This document shows positions 29,332 to 39,009 of a stretch of DNA of 64,000 nt, in pieces. How positions within the stretch are numbered: position 1 is the stretch's first letter; each line of letters begins with the position of its first letter. The notes beneath the pieces were generated by a model. It was not told the DNA's origin, ran no database searches, and saw only the letters and a program-made list of their open reading frames with translations. Source of the DNA: a virus. The stretch lies in the IMG/VR virus record IMGVR_UViG_3300020162_002681, positions 32,001-96,000 of that record; one strand, written 5' to 3'. The translations under genes were made by a program, and so were the position numbers.

Positions 29332-30050
29332 TACACGAACCCGTTGTAACGACGTACTTTAAAATTAGCAAAAGGCGAGGTATTGCGGCTAAAAGGTTTG
29401 CCATTAACGTCAATAGCTGGTTCTGTAGGTAAATTACCACTACGTCTTTTACCTTGCGGGTATTTTTGCAATCTTACATCTCTACGTTGTTGTTGTGATG
29501 TAGGGCTAATTTGCTCTGTACCAACACCTTTAGTATTGGGATTGTTTAAAGGATATGGCTGAGAGTTACCAGATTGAGTTTTTCCACTTGCATTTGGGAC
29601 AGTAATTGCAGTTGTGTCAATAGTTTGTGGACTTGCGGGAGCATTAGTCTGAATAGGCTGATTGGGTACTGTAGTTTGTACAGGAGCCGCCACAGGAGTT
29701 AGTAACTTCTGATTCCCAATTTGACCTGCCTTACGTGCTTGATAAGCATTCTTAAGACTTGCACCGCCATACCCTGCTGCACCACCAACGGCTGCACCGC
29801 CAGCTACTTGACCCGCAAGATTACCAATTGACTTATCTTCACTACCGAGGTAATTCAATGCACCAATCCCTGCACCGACACCAGCTCCAAGTTTACCGTA
29901 ACCTGTAGCAGTTGTAGGTAAAGCTCCCTTAGCAGCATTCAGTGCACTACTAGTTTTGGAGCCAAGTGACCCAGCCAGACCTTGCCAGTTAAAAGGTGCA
30001 AAATTTGCGTACTTAGGATTTGTTGCTAATGCGTATGTGGAAATTCTCAT
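29328..30050 (-). CDS. low-complexity Gly/Ala-rich protein, putative internal head / ejection protein
   Basis: glycine-zipper segments; YANF and FANF motifs near the termini. Confidence 0.55.
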   Translation of the reverse strand: MRISTYALATNPKYANFAPFNWQGLAGSLGSKTSSALNAAKGALPTTATGYGKLGAGVGAGIGALNYLGSEDKSIGNLAGQVAGGAAVGGAAGYGGASLKNAYQARKAGQIGNQKLLTPVAAPVQTTVPNQPIQTNAPASPQTIDTTAITVPNASGKTQSGNSQPYPLNNPNTKGVGTEQISPTSQQQRRDVRLQKYPQGKRRSGNLPTEPAIDVNGKPFSRNTSPFANFKVRRYNGFVY

Positions 30051-30059
30051 GTTGTTATA

Positions 30060-30566
30060 CTATACTTCAAAAACTACATCGGTAAAATAATAGCTACCGT
30101 CATCTGTACCGCTATTGGGAAAAGAGCCTATACTTACGCTATATCTACCGTTAGTATTATTTAACCTTACCAGACTTGAAGATGGCTCGACTGGATTAGA
30201 ATATGCTATAGAAAAAAAAGCATTTGCATTAACGGAAATAATGTATACTTCGTTTTCTAATACTGGAAAAGGGCTTGATAATGTAGCCTCATTCCATCCA
30301 ACAAATGTACTGCCAAAAGAAACACTGGTAAGTTCAGTACCGAACGTATCCCAAATACGCATTGTATGGCTACCCGTTTCTTCGATTGGCTTGTAAAATC
30401 TAAGTTTTGTAATATTTCCATTGGCAAAGAATTTTAATGGCGAACCTATTTCAAGAGGAAACTCGTAAATATCGCTGGGAATATAATTACCAAAGTAAGT
30501 GTACAGTAATTTTTCAAGTATTACAGTAGGATTATTAAAAAGTAACATTTTCAATAATGTTTTCAC
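30060..30566 (-). CDS. DUF4082-like domain protein
   Basis: LEIG..F..NGNITKLRFYK...WNEATL..P...YIISVN...YFTDVVF. Confidence 0.7.
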   Translation of the reverse strand: MKTLLKMLLFNNPTVILEKLLYTYFGNYIPSDIYEFPLEIGSPLKFFANGNITKLRFYKPIEETGSHTMRIWDTFGTELTSVSFGSTFVGWNEATLSSPFPVLENEVYIISVNANAFFSIAYSNPVEPSSSLVRLNNTNGRYSVSIGSFPNSGTDDGSYYFTDVVFEV

Positions 30567-31216
30567 TATATTGCAATACCTTTCAATCTAACAGTTGCAG
30601 TCTCAGAGTTAGCCGCAGGAGTAAAACCTGCAAGTGTGACAAGATGAGCAAATAATGATGTTCCCGTCAACTTACAGACATAATTTATATTACTTTTTTG
30701 TGCGACAACAGACCCACCTCCAATAGCCAAAGAAGCTGATAATGAAATACCAGTGGGGTTAATAATCGCAGCTCTATCACCGCTAGGAATTGAAAATCCA
30801 GTATTATCGACTTTAGCGCTTGGAGGAGTAACATTATATAGATAAAAAAGTAAATCGCCCATACCACTTGGCAAAGCTGCGATGTTAAAAATAATTTCTA
30901 TGTCTGTAATAAGAATAAACTGACCCGCTATCGGTGCTGTACCAGAAACAAGTTCAAAAGCTGCCCCGTAAACATCATTGGCAGTATAAGGTGTAGTATT
31001 TGCTCCGCGAGTAATTGTCCCACTAAATAGAAATGCAGAATTACTATTTACACCTAGAAGGCTATTAATAGTATCTAATCTCTCTATTTGGTTTTGCTCA
31101 AGTTTTTCACCATACTCGGAGGCTAAATAAGCTTCCAGCCCAACTCTTTCTACTAGTAATTTATCTGTAAGCGTCATTCGCCTATCACTTTGTAACTTTC
31201 TACTTCTAGTATACAA
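30566..31216 (-). CDS. putative virion structural protein
   Basis: ITRGANTTPYTANDV motif; true start may be the ATG at 31177. Confidence 0.6.
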   Translation of the reverse strand: MYTRSRKLQSDRRMTLTDKLLVERVGLEAYLASEYGEKLEQNQIERLDTINSLLGVNSNSAFLFSGTITRGANTTPYTANDVYGAAFELVSGTAPIAGQFILITDIEIIFNIAALPSGMGDLLFYLYNVTPPSAKVDNTGFSIPSGDRAAIINPTGISLSASLAIGGGSVVAQKSNINYVCKLTGTSLFAHLVTLAGFTPAANSETATVRLKGIAI

Positions 31217-31223
31217 TAAGAGT

Positions 31224-32078
31224 ATGGCAGTTCAAATCGGGTACACAATCAGCGATATCTCAGCAATTAAGGCATTGCCCACAGCTTTGCTCGTTACTGG
31301 ATATGCACGACTCTGTAGGTCAGTTAATGCGTGGTTTAGCTATAATTCAACTTCTACGGCTACTGCTGACGATGTATCAATACTTTTACCAGCTTCAGGG
31401 ACTGGGCGATGGTTTAAGCTTAAAGCTGACGTAGCGGTTGCTGATATTCTTAATTTTGCTGAAGCCGTAGATGACCGTGTAGCAGCGTTAGTACAAGATA
31501 GTGAGACAATCAGCGCGAGTTATAATGATGCAGCTAATACACTTACTTTTTTAGTAGTAAGTGGCAGTATTGGCGATACTCAGATAGACAGCATTAGCCA
31601 ATCTAAAATTACCAATTTAACAACAGATTTAGCAGAAAAACTCTCAGCTAACCAAAATATCACTGTAATTGGAGATGTTACTGGAAGTGGTGCAACTAAT
31701 ATTTCGTTAACTTTAGCAGATTCAGGAGTGACCGCAGGAAGCTATTCTGTTGCAAGTATAACTATAGATTCCAAGGGTAGGGTTACCAGTGCAACAGATG
31801 GCACGGAAGCAGTACAAGATATATTAGCAGCCACACTAGTAGCTGGAACTAATGTATCTCTAAATTATAATGATGCATCAAATACGCTTACAATAAATTC
31901 TACTGCGGGTGCTTCTGGTACTAATGTAGAAATAAGAGATGAAGGTACAAGTCTTACTTCAGCAGCTACTTCAATTAATTTTGTGGGAGATGTTGTGAAT
32001 GCCACTAATTCAGGCAGCGACGTTACTGTTACAATAAGTACAACGACAGGACTTTTTGAATACTTTAATCTGATATAA
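31224..32078 (+). CDS. tail fibre protein
   Basis: ATADD..LLP..GTGRW module, EAVDDRVAAL..YNDAANTL repeats, SGVTAGSY..ITIDSKGRVT. Confidence 0.75.
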   Translation: MAVQIGYTISDISAIKALPTALLVTGYARLCRSVNAWFSYNSTSTATADDVSILLPASGTGRWFKLKADVAVADILNFAEAVDDRVAALVQDSETISASYNDAANTLTFLVVSGSIGDTQIDSISQSKITNLTTDLAEKLSANQNITVIGDVTGSGATNISLTLADSGVTAGSYSVASITIDSKGRVTSATDGTEAVQDILAATLVAGTNVSLNYNDASNTLTINSTAGASGTNVEIRDEGTSLTSAATSINFVGDVVNATNSGSDVTVTISTTTGLFEYFNLI

Positions 32079-32080
32079 AT

Positions 32081-32461
32081 ATGGCTTCCCCTAATTTTGC
32101 AACATTTCCTAGAACAGAAGCAGTAAGAATTTCTACTGCAAACGCTAATAGAGATGGTACAGGCACTGTAGCGGATTTATGGGTTGCACCTGCGGCTGGA
32201 AGTCGTATTGACAAGCTTTCCTTTATGGCTACAGGAACAACAAGTGCGGGAATGATTAGATTATATACGAAAAAGTCCTCTGTTTATAGATTTTACAAAG
32301 AATACCAAGTTACTGCTACTACACCATCAGATTCAGCGCTTGCTTTCAATATGCAATTAAATGGTTTAGCTATAATTCTTGGTAATGCGGTAACTTTGTG
32401 TGTTTCTACCAGTAAAGGAGAAACTTTTGATATAACCGCAGAAGGTGGGGATTTCACTTAG
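32081..32461 (+). CDS. small virion structural protein
   Basis: ISTANANRDGTGT...GSRID...GMIRL...AEGGDF. Confidence 0.65.
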   Translation: MASPNFATFPRTEAVRISTANANRDGTGTVADLWVAPAAGSRIDKLSFMATGTTSAGMIRLYTKKSSVYRFYKEYQVTATTPSDSALAFNMQLNGLAIILGNAVTLCVSTSKGETFDITAEGGDFT

Positions 32462-33478
32462 ATGAACTACGGAACTTTTGGAATTATCAACCCCAATGGA
32501 AATGGATTGGTTGGTGGATTAAATGCTATCAACAAAGCAAGTATAACTCAAACTTCTCCTCCTAATACCTTATATTTTGACTCTAATTATTTAGGAAGCC
32601 CTTACAGAGCAAGATATTTTTCGTCTATAGATAAAATTATGGTAGGTTTTTATGCTGCTAGTGGATATACCTATCCTGTAGTAGTAAATCCTAATAATAA
32701 TAGTGTAGAAGCAGTGATTCCTTACACTATCTCTGGTGATGCAATGAAAGGTGTCACAGATATAGCTATGAATAGAGATAAGTTATATTTCCTTTCTTAC
32801 AATGACAATCCTAATAGAGTTTATGTAACAGATGCAAACAGCTATTTTATTTCAGGTTGGCTATCTGTAGGGGGTTTTCAGTGTGCGGAGATACTCTATA
32901 GTTCTACGACTGATAAATTTTACTTCCCTAATTCGGGCAGTGGTAATTGCACAACAATGAATACTGCTACTCAAACATTAAGCACTACTTTTACTGGGCT
33001 GGCAAATTGCTCTGGTGGTTTAGTTGTTGATTCTTTAAATAAATTGTATCTATCTTCTTATGGCTCAAATTTTGTAAACATATATAATTTGACAACCGAA
33101 GTTCTAATAACCTCGATTAGTTTGAGTCTTGCTTATGATTTAGCATATTGCCCTGTAAATAATTATATATACGCTTGCTCATACAATGTAAGTGCCCCTC
33201 TAGTGAGAGTTATAGATGGAACAACTAATTCTGTCGTAACTACTATAAATTTAAGCGCAGGACATAGACCTTTTTCTATAGAGTACAATCCTAGCAATCA
33301 GCTAATGTATGTAGGAGGTGTCAGTACTATTCCTATAGCTATAATAGACCCAAGTAGTAACACTGTTATTCAAGAAAGACGAGATTTTATTACTGGTTAT
33401 TATCCAACATATTGCCCAACAAGAAATTCTATATATTTCTGCGACTCTAATTTAAGGCAACTTAGGGAGATAATCTAA
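32462..33478 (+). CDS. YVTN/YncE-type beta-propeller protein
   Basis: VRVIDGTTNSVVTTI, YNPSNQLMYV repeats. Confidence 0.8.
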   Translation: MNYGTFGIINPNGNGLVGGLNAINKASITQTSPPNTLYFDSNYLGSPYRARYFSSIDKIMVGFYAASGYTYPVVVNPNNNSVEAVIPYTISGDAMKGVTDIAMNRDKLYFLSYNDNPNRVYVTDANSYFISGWLSVGGFQCAEILYSSTTDKFYFPNSGSGNCTTMNTATQTLSTTFTGLANCSGGLVVDSLNKLYLSSYGSNFVNIYNLTTEVLITSISLSLAYDLAYCPVNNYIYACSYNVSAPLVRVIDGTTNSVVTTINLSAGHRPFSIEYNPSNQLMYVGGVSTIPIAIIDPSSNTVIQERRDFITGYYPTYCPTRNSIYFCDSNLRQLREII

Positions 33479-36177
33479 TGACGGTAATCAAACCTTCCAA
33501 TACTTACTACTATCGAGTTAAAGCTGTAAATCTTAACGGTGAATCGGCTTACTCAAATATAGTCTCCGTAACTACTCCCGCATCCTCTATTAGTGTCGGA
33601 ATTACTCCTCCTTCACCATCGTCACCAGTAATTATAGCGACAGAAAAAAATAGTAACTCAATTAGAGTAGAAATACAAAAAAATCTATCTAATGAATACA
33701 TAAAAGAATTAAAGCTTGACGTATCAGTAAATTCAGACTTCAGCGCCCCACTTTATTCTGGACTGACATTCTTGCTTACGCAAAATATTGTGGCGACAGA
33801 AAAGGAAACTCTGGCACTTACTATTGGAGGCTTAGCGGCAAATACCCTTTACTACTACCGCTTACGCTTCTCTAATGCAACTGGACTCTCTGCATGGACT
33901 TCATCTTCCCTTACGACTATAACTAATTTCCCTATTCCCGACCTCTTAGGCATAACCAACCTCACTGCTATTGCGGCTAGGCTTAATTGGGGCAAAGTAA
34001 CAGGAGCGACCACTTATTTTGTAGATTTGGCGACTGATTCTGCATTTACTTCCTTAATTCTTAGTAATGTTAACGCTGGCGATGTCAGTTTTCGCGATGT
34101 AGGGTCATTGACGGCGCTCACTCAATATTATTATCGTGTAAGAGCCTCTGATGGCACAACAACCTCATCTAGCAGCAATGTAGTTACTTTTACGACGCTC
34201 CATGACGCTGTAACGTATGATGACCAATTTCAAAATCTCGCTATACCGAGCATCAGCAATATCACTGATATCTACCTAACTTCCTTTTCTGCCTCTTGGA
34301 ACACAGTGACTTTGGCTGACAGCTATAGCATCCAAGTATCAGTAGCTTCAGATTTCAGTAGTATCGCTCAGACTATAGCAACAAAAAACACTTCAGCAAG
34401 CTTTGCTGGATTAACTGCTGCAACCGTCTACTATGTGCGTGTTAGGGCAATTTCTACGTGGCAAACGACTGCATATTCAGCAACTCAAGTCGTTACTACA
34501 CTCTCATTAAATGGTTCTCTTAATCCTCCTCAATTATTGACCCCAACTACTATTACATCTCGCAGTATCTTGTTCCAATGGGTTCTACGCAGCTATGCAA
34601 CCAGATATTTGTTTGAGTTAAGCACTTCATCTATTTTTGCTTCCATTGCTTACTCAACTATTGTGGGGAATGTCGGGTCTTTGTTGCTAAATGAAGGTAT
34701 TAGTCCTGCAACAACCTATTATTCGCGCATCAGGGCGCTTAATTCTAGCCAGTCCTCGGATTACTCTAATTCGGTCACTACAACGACCTCCGCAGCCCTT
34801 ACAAGCATCACTGGAGTCACTACAACTAGTATTACCGATACTTCGGCAGTCATTGGCTGGACTTTGAATGGGAGCTACACTGATTATTTACTTTCTGTGT
34901 GGAAAACGGAGTCAAATGCTTACTTAGGGGTTAGTTTTTACCGTAATAAGAGCCTCGGTAATACCAATACACACACAATTGACCTATTTCTAGAGCCAAG
35001 CAGCAATTACAGCTACACAATCACTGGAAAAACAGCGTCTGGGGACACAAAAACGACTGCAATACAGACATTTTCTACAAAAGCGGCTGCACCTATACTA
35101 CAACTAGCTAAAAATCTGCTCACTTGGACTTATAACCTTAATAATTTAGAAGTTAGCACTGATTCGGACTTCAAATTCTTACTTAAGGGGTATCCAAGGG
35201 CTGTCACCGATAATGGTAGCTTCAATGTAGAGAATTTGCTCGATTCCAGTACCAATTACTATATTCGAGGCAACTACAATGGAGGCATTTACTCGAATGT
35301 GGTTAGTACGCCAGCTTTAGGAGTCTACAAAGGCATTATTGGTAAAACTTCTTTTTCTGCTTTCTGGAAGCGTAGTGTTGGAGCTACTTCCTATAGCGTT
35401 CAACTCAAAGTGCTAGATACGGGCAATTATGTGCCTGTAAGTGGCTTCACGTTCCCTAAAAACATAGGAGATGTGAGTAGCTATGCATTTGAATCCCTCT
35501 CACCAGACACTCAATATCAGGTAATAGTTTATGACTCCAATTCAAACGTTTCTATCCCATACTTATTCAAGACTAACTTGTTTAGTGATTCAACAGAACC
35601 TAGTACTGCATCTCTTACGATTCCTACAATAACTCTTAGTGGAAGTGCTGATTTTGACCGAGCTAACATAGTGTTAAGTGGTTATTCCAAGTATCTACTC
35701 AATTTGGCGAGAGATAGTGCATTTACGCTCGACAATACTTATTTTGAGAGTAGTTCTAATGACTTAGAATTGCTACTCAAACCTAATCGAACATATTACT
35801 TACGTGCTTATGGATATAACGGAACTAACCGCACAACTTTGCCCTCGACCACACTTACAATCAATACACTAGCCGAGCCGTACACTGAGCTGACTATTTC
35901 TTCAGCACCAAGCATTATTAACGTTAATATATTAGATGAAAGTCAAGTTGAACTAACATTTAGCCAAGTAACCAATGCAACTGACTACACCCTTGAAATC
36001 AGCCGAGCCAATACATTTACTATTCTTGAAGAACTTAGTGTGACGAGAAGTGCCGATAACAAGTTTCTCGTAAACGGACTTTCAGGGACAATAACTTATT
36101 ATTTAAGAATGTATGGTTTTAACAACCACAAAATTTCAACCTATTCTTCTACAGTGACTGTAGATACTACACCATAA
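33478..36177 (+). CDS. fibronectin type III repeat virion protein
   Basis: multiple L...T.YYYRV.A FN3 repeats. Confidence 0.85.
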   Translation: MTVIKPSNTYYYRVKAVNLNGESAYSNIVSVTTPASSISVGITPPSPSSPVIIATEKNSNSIRVEIQKNLSNEYIKELKLDVSVNSDFSAPLYSGLTFLLTQNIVATEKETLALTIGGLAANTLYYYRLRFSNATGLSAWTSSSLTTITNFPIPDLLGITNLTAIAARLNWGKVTGATTYFVDLATDSAFTSLILSNVNAGDVSFRDVGSLTALTQYYYRVRASDGTTTSSSSNVVTFTTLHDAVTYDDQFQNLAIPSISNITDIYLTSFSASWNTVTLADSYSIQVSVASDFSSIAQTIATKNTSASFAGLTAATVYYVRVRAISTWQTTAYSATQVVTTLSLNGSLNPPQLLTPTTITSRSILFQWVLRSYATRYLFELSTSSIFASIAYSTIVGNVGSLLLNEGISPATTYYSRIRALNSSQSSDYSNSVTTTTSAALTSITGVTTTSITDTSAVIGWTLNGSYTDYLLSVWKTESNAYLGVSFYRNKSLGNTNTHTIDLFLEPSSNYSYTITGKTASGDTKTTAIQTFSTKAAAPILQLAKNLLTWTYNLNNLEVSTDSDFKFLLKGYPRAVTDNGSFNVENLLDSSTNYYIRGNYNGGIYSNVVSTPALGVYKGIIGKTSFSAFWKRSVGATSYSVQLKVLDTGNYVPVSGFTFPKNIGDVSSYAFESLSPDTQYQVIVYDSNSNVSIPYLFKTNLFSDSTEPSTASLTIPTITLSGSADFDRANIVLSGYSKYLLNLARDSAFTLDNTYFESSSNDLELLLKPNRTYYLRAYGYNGTNRTTLPSTTLTINTLAEPYTELTISSAPSIINVNILDESQVELTFSQVTNATDYTLEISRANTFTILEELSVTRSADNKFLVNGLSGTITYYLRMYGFNNHKISTYSSTVTVDTTP

Positions 36178-36183
36178 AACATC

Positions 36184-36315
36184 ATGAAACACTTTGCAGA
36201 ATTTGAGAACATTTATCAAACTGGATTGAAAAATCTCCTGACAAACAACACAGAACCTGCTGTGAAGAAATACATCAGAAAGAAGAAAGAACAGGCAGAG
36301 ACAGAAAAAGAATAA
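36184..36315 (+). CDS. small protein, 43 aa (MKHFAEF...)
   Basis: N-terminus matches MQHFADF of 51515..52078. Confidence 0.6.
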   Translation: MKHFAEFENIYQTGLKNLLTNNTEPAVKKYIRKKKEQAETEKE

Positions 36316-36316
36316 T

Positions 36317-36465
36317 AGGGCGCAGACCAGTTTCAGCTTAACGTGGTAGAGGCTTGGTCTGCTGTTTCGGTTCCTAGTTTGAGCATACTTTCGCATAGGC
36401 TTAAGAACCCTGTTAAAAATCGGATGCCCCAGACTGCAAATCGTTCCCGCGAATACCCATAACAA
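36317..36465 (-). ncRNA. candidate structured ncRNA downstream of portal gene
   Basis: three stem-loop domains with G-U pairs and a GAAA tetraloop on the - strand; own extended -10 promoter. Confidence 0.55.
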
Positions 36466-36484
36466 CTTTTTATATAGAGTGTAA

Positions 36485-36497
36485 TTAATATAACACA
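36485..36497 (-). promoter_or_regulatory. extended -10 promoter TGTGTTATATTAA
   Basis: identical 13-mer to that upstream of the tRNA cluster (40475-40487). Confidence 0.55.
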
Positions 36498-36498
36498 A

Positions 36499-38040
36499 CT
36501 ATTGTGCTGGCGGCGCTCCCTCTTCAGGAGGATATGCTTCGGCTCCACCTCCTTCTGGTGGGGTTGGGGGCATCTGCATCTGCTGTAACTGTGCCTGTAG
36601 CTGTACAACTTGTGTTTGGTCTTGTAGCTCCTTCTGTATTTGGGCTTTGAGGGCATCTTCAGCTTTTTTCTCTTTCTCAGTTTCGTCGAGAGAGGGCAGT
36701 CCAAGATTTTTGTAGATGAGGTTAAGAACTTGGACGTTATTGGTGTCAATGATACCACTTGCCATGAGCGAAGTGATGGTGCTGAGACGACCATTTACAG
36801 TAGCTTGGTCTTCCTCTACATCGAATACAAACTCGCCCCAATCTTCGCTGAACCAGCTTGAAGGGAAGTTATCGTGAAGCAAGCCACGAATCATCTTGTG
36901 AATAATTTCGTGCTTGAGAGTTGTTGTCAGTGCAAAAATGGTTGAGTCAAAGGTCATCTTGAAATTCTGACCAAAGCCGTTATTGCCTAAATTTGTCGTG
37001 CCAGAGCCACTGTTAACATCAAAGATGCCTGAAGGTATAGCGAAACTGGATTGAATGCCTCTGTCGATGTATTCTAGTGCCTTGAAATGATTGTCGCTAG
37101 TGTTTTGTATTTGAATGCGTTGCAGGTCTACATCACTATCGGTGACAATAAACCCACGTTTTTGTATATCTTTCAATTGGTAACTGAGCGCGATTTGCTT
37201 TGTCACCTGCATAGGCTTTTTAGTTTTTTCATCGATTTTTACTTTGCCCTGAGCATCCACTAAGGTTGTTGTACCATTGGCAGGGGTTTTTGCCCATAAC
37301 AGACCTTCGCTGTCATTTTTGATGCGGAGAGCTAGGTGTGTGAGTACCACGCGCTTTAATTTGTAATACGGCAAAGCTGAAACCCCGTCTCCCACACCCC
37401 ATACAGCCGTTTTATCGAATGTAGCTCCGCTATTATTTACGATGTGCAAGCATTTGGAATAAGGTATCTTTACTTGCTTTCCAGAACCATTATCATATAA
37501 AATCCACTCAATTTTCCCAGAACTTTTAGATGATTTACCAAAAGATATGATTTGGTCTGGATTTAAGACGTTTAAATTTGCAATTCGCCACTGCCCCCTG
37601 TATCCTCGCAACTTAGATGATTTGGTAAATTCTACTACAGCCACCCCATGTAAAATAACTGAACTAAAAATTTTAAATATTGTTTGTTTGAAGCTTTTAG
37701 ATAAAGTTTTTAAGTTACTATTAACAAAAGCCTCTATTTCTTTCTTGGGATGTGAATATTCTCCGAAACTGCTGGCGCACCTCAAAGCCTTAAAAGCTAA
37801 ACACTGACTGACTATGGGGTCTTTCGCAGCCATGATGGATAAGTCCTTAATGGCGGGACGCTCGACCTCCTGTGGGTGGTTTATCTCAGCAAAAGCTAAT
37901 CCTGTGAGCGCCGCGATTTCTGTGCTATACATCCCTTGGACGGAGGCATTGAGGGGCGTAGGAGTGCCAGCAAAAAGTAACTCGTTATCAAGTTCTGCAA
38001 GATTAAGTTCTAACTGGTTGACTTCTTGGAAAAGAGGCAT
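36499..38040 (-). CDS. portal protein
   Basis: 513 aa; DPIVSQCL..K, ILHGVAVVE, IPYSKCLH, coiled-coil and Pro/Gln tail typical of portals. Confidence 0.75.
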   Translation of the reverse strand: MPLFQEVNQLELNLAELDNELLFAGTPTPLNASVQGMYSTEIAALTGLAFAEINHPQEVERPAIKDLSIMAAKDPIVSQCLAFKALRCASSFGEYSHPKKEIEAFVNSNLKTLSKSFKQTIFKIFSSVILHGVAVVEFTKSSKLRGYRGQWRIANLNVLNPDQIISFGKSSKSSGKIEWILYDNGSGKQVKIPYSKCLHIVNNSGATFDKTAVWGVGDGVSALPYYKLKRVVLTHLALRIKNDSEGLLWAKTPANGTTTLVDAQGKVKIDEKTKKPMQVTKQIALSYQLKDIQKRGFIVTDSDVDLQRIQIQNTSDNHFKALEYIDRGIQSSFAIPSGIFDVNSGSGTTNLGNNGFGQNFKMTFDSTIFALTTTLKHEIIHKMIRGLLHDNFPSSWFSEDWGEFVFDVEEDQATVNGRLSTITSLMASGIIDTNNVQVLNLIYKNLGLPSLDETEKEKKAEDALKAQIQKELQDQTQVVQLQAQLQQMQMPPTPPEGGGAEAYPPEEGAPPAQ

Positions 38041-38067
38041 ATCTATAGTGAATTTTATCGATTAACC

Positions 38068-38805
38068 TCATTGTACCTTATTAGACATATAATTACGCTT
38101 CTCTTCATCGGTAGCATTTCTCCATCCAGACCATTTAGGGTCATTAGATGCAATTCTGGCAGACACAGTTTTAGGAAATACATTTTCCGCTTCTGCTGCA
38201 AATTTTCTTGCCGCATAGTATTTCCCATCGACTATAATAGCTACACACATAGGATGTTTTTCTCCACTACGAGAGGCGCTTAATCTAGCTTTAGCTTCTT
38301 TTGTACTGTGAGCAGCCGCAATCTTAGCTTTGGTCGCCTCTGTATGATGCTTCCCGTATAAGTGGTGATTCACTCCTCCATTTGCCGCTCTAAATTTTTC
38401 CGTACTTTCAGGTCTACTACGTCCCGCCGCAATCTTAGCCTTATGCTCTTCACTTTTAGGTTTGCCTTTAGTTGCAGCACTTATCTTTGCTCGGTGTTCT
38501 TCGGTAATGGCAACTCCTTTACACCCAAAGCCACCAAGACATATATTATAAGTATCTGGGCGACTAACAAACTCTTCAGTGACCATGTTGGCTTCCGCTT
38601 CATAAGCATCTTCAGCGCGACTAAATTCAGCTAGTGTAGTTCTAGTGAATTTATCTTTACCATACTTTTTCATGGCTAACTGCAAACCATCTCCACTACC
38701 GAGATAATGCCTAGATTTAGAGGTATTTTGAAGCTTATGAACCCCCACATAAATCTTGCCATTCACCAAATTTTCAGTACGATACAATATCCAAGTCTCA
38801 GCCAT
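38068..38805 (-). CDS. GIY-YIG homing endonuclease with NUMOD3 repeats (Seg-like)
   Basis: LYRTENLVNGKIYVGVH, YLGSG, YNICLGG, HTEATKAKI repeats. Confidence 0.9.
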   Translation of the reverse strand: MAETWILYRTENLVNGKIYVGVHKLQNTSKSRHYLGSGDGLQLAMKKYGKDKFTRTTLAEFSRAEDAYEAEANMVTEEFVSRPDTYNICLGGFGCKGVAITEEHRAKISAATKGKPKSEEHKAKIAAGRSRPESTEKFRAANGGVNHHLYGKHHTEATKAKIAAAHSTKEAKARLSASRSGEKHPMCVAIIVDGKYYAARKFAAEAENVFPKTVSARIASNDPKWSGWRNATDEEKRNYMSNKVQ

Positions 38806-38859
38806 TGCATATATCCCTTTTTAATGTATAATTAAACTATAACACATTGTGAGTACAAA

Positions 38860-39006
38860 ATGCGTCCTGATAAATCAAAACGGCTGAATGCGAAATTATC
38901 CGTAAAAAGACATGAAAAATTGGCAAAATATGCTGAGTCACAAGATAAAGATATGACATCAGTGATAGAGTGTTGGATTGATAGTTTACCTGAAGTACTA
39001 GAGTAA
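38860..39006 (+). CDS. ribbon-helix-helix DNA-binding protein, 48 aa
   Basis: KRLNAKLSVKRHEKLAKYAESQDKDMTSVIECWIDSLP; divergent from GIY-YIG; second copy at 44282. Confidence 0.8.
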   Translation: MRPDKSKRLNAKLSVKRHEKLAKYAESQDKDMTSVIECWIDSLPEVLE

Positions 39007-39009
39007 ATA

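Noticed and set aside
36317-36465. Group I intron or hammerhead ribozyme
   Set aside because: Only a P-like TTCGCGGGAAC is present; no R/S elements, no interrupted exon and no CTGATGA core
36333-36794. 153-aa - strand ORF (and 36136..36498)
   Set aside because: Alternative-frame shadows overlapping the portal 3' end and the structured RNA; no SD and biased composition
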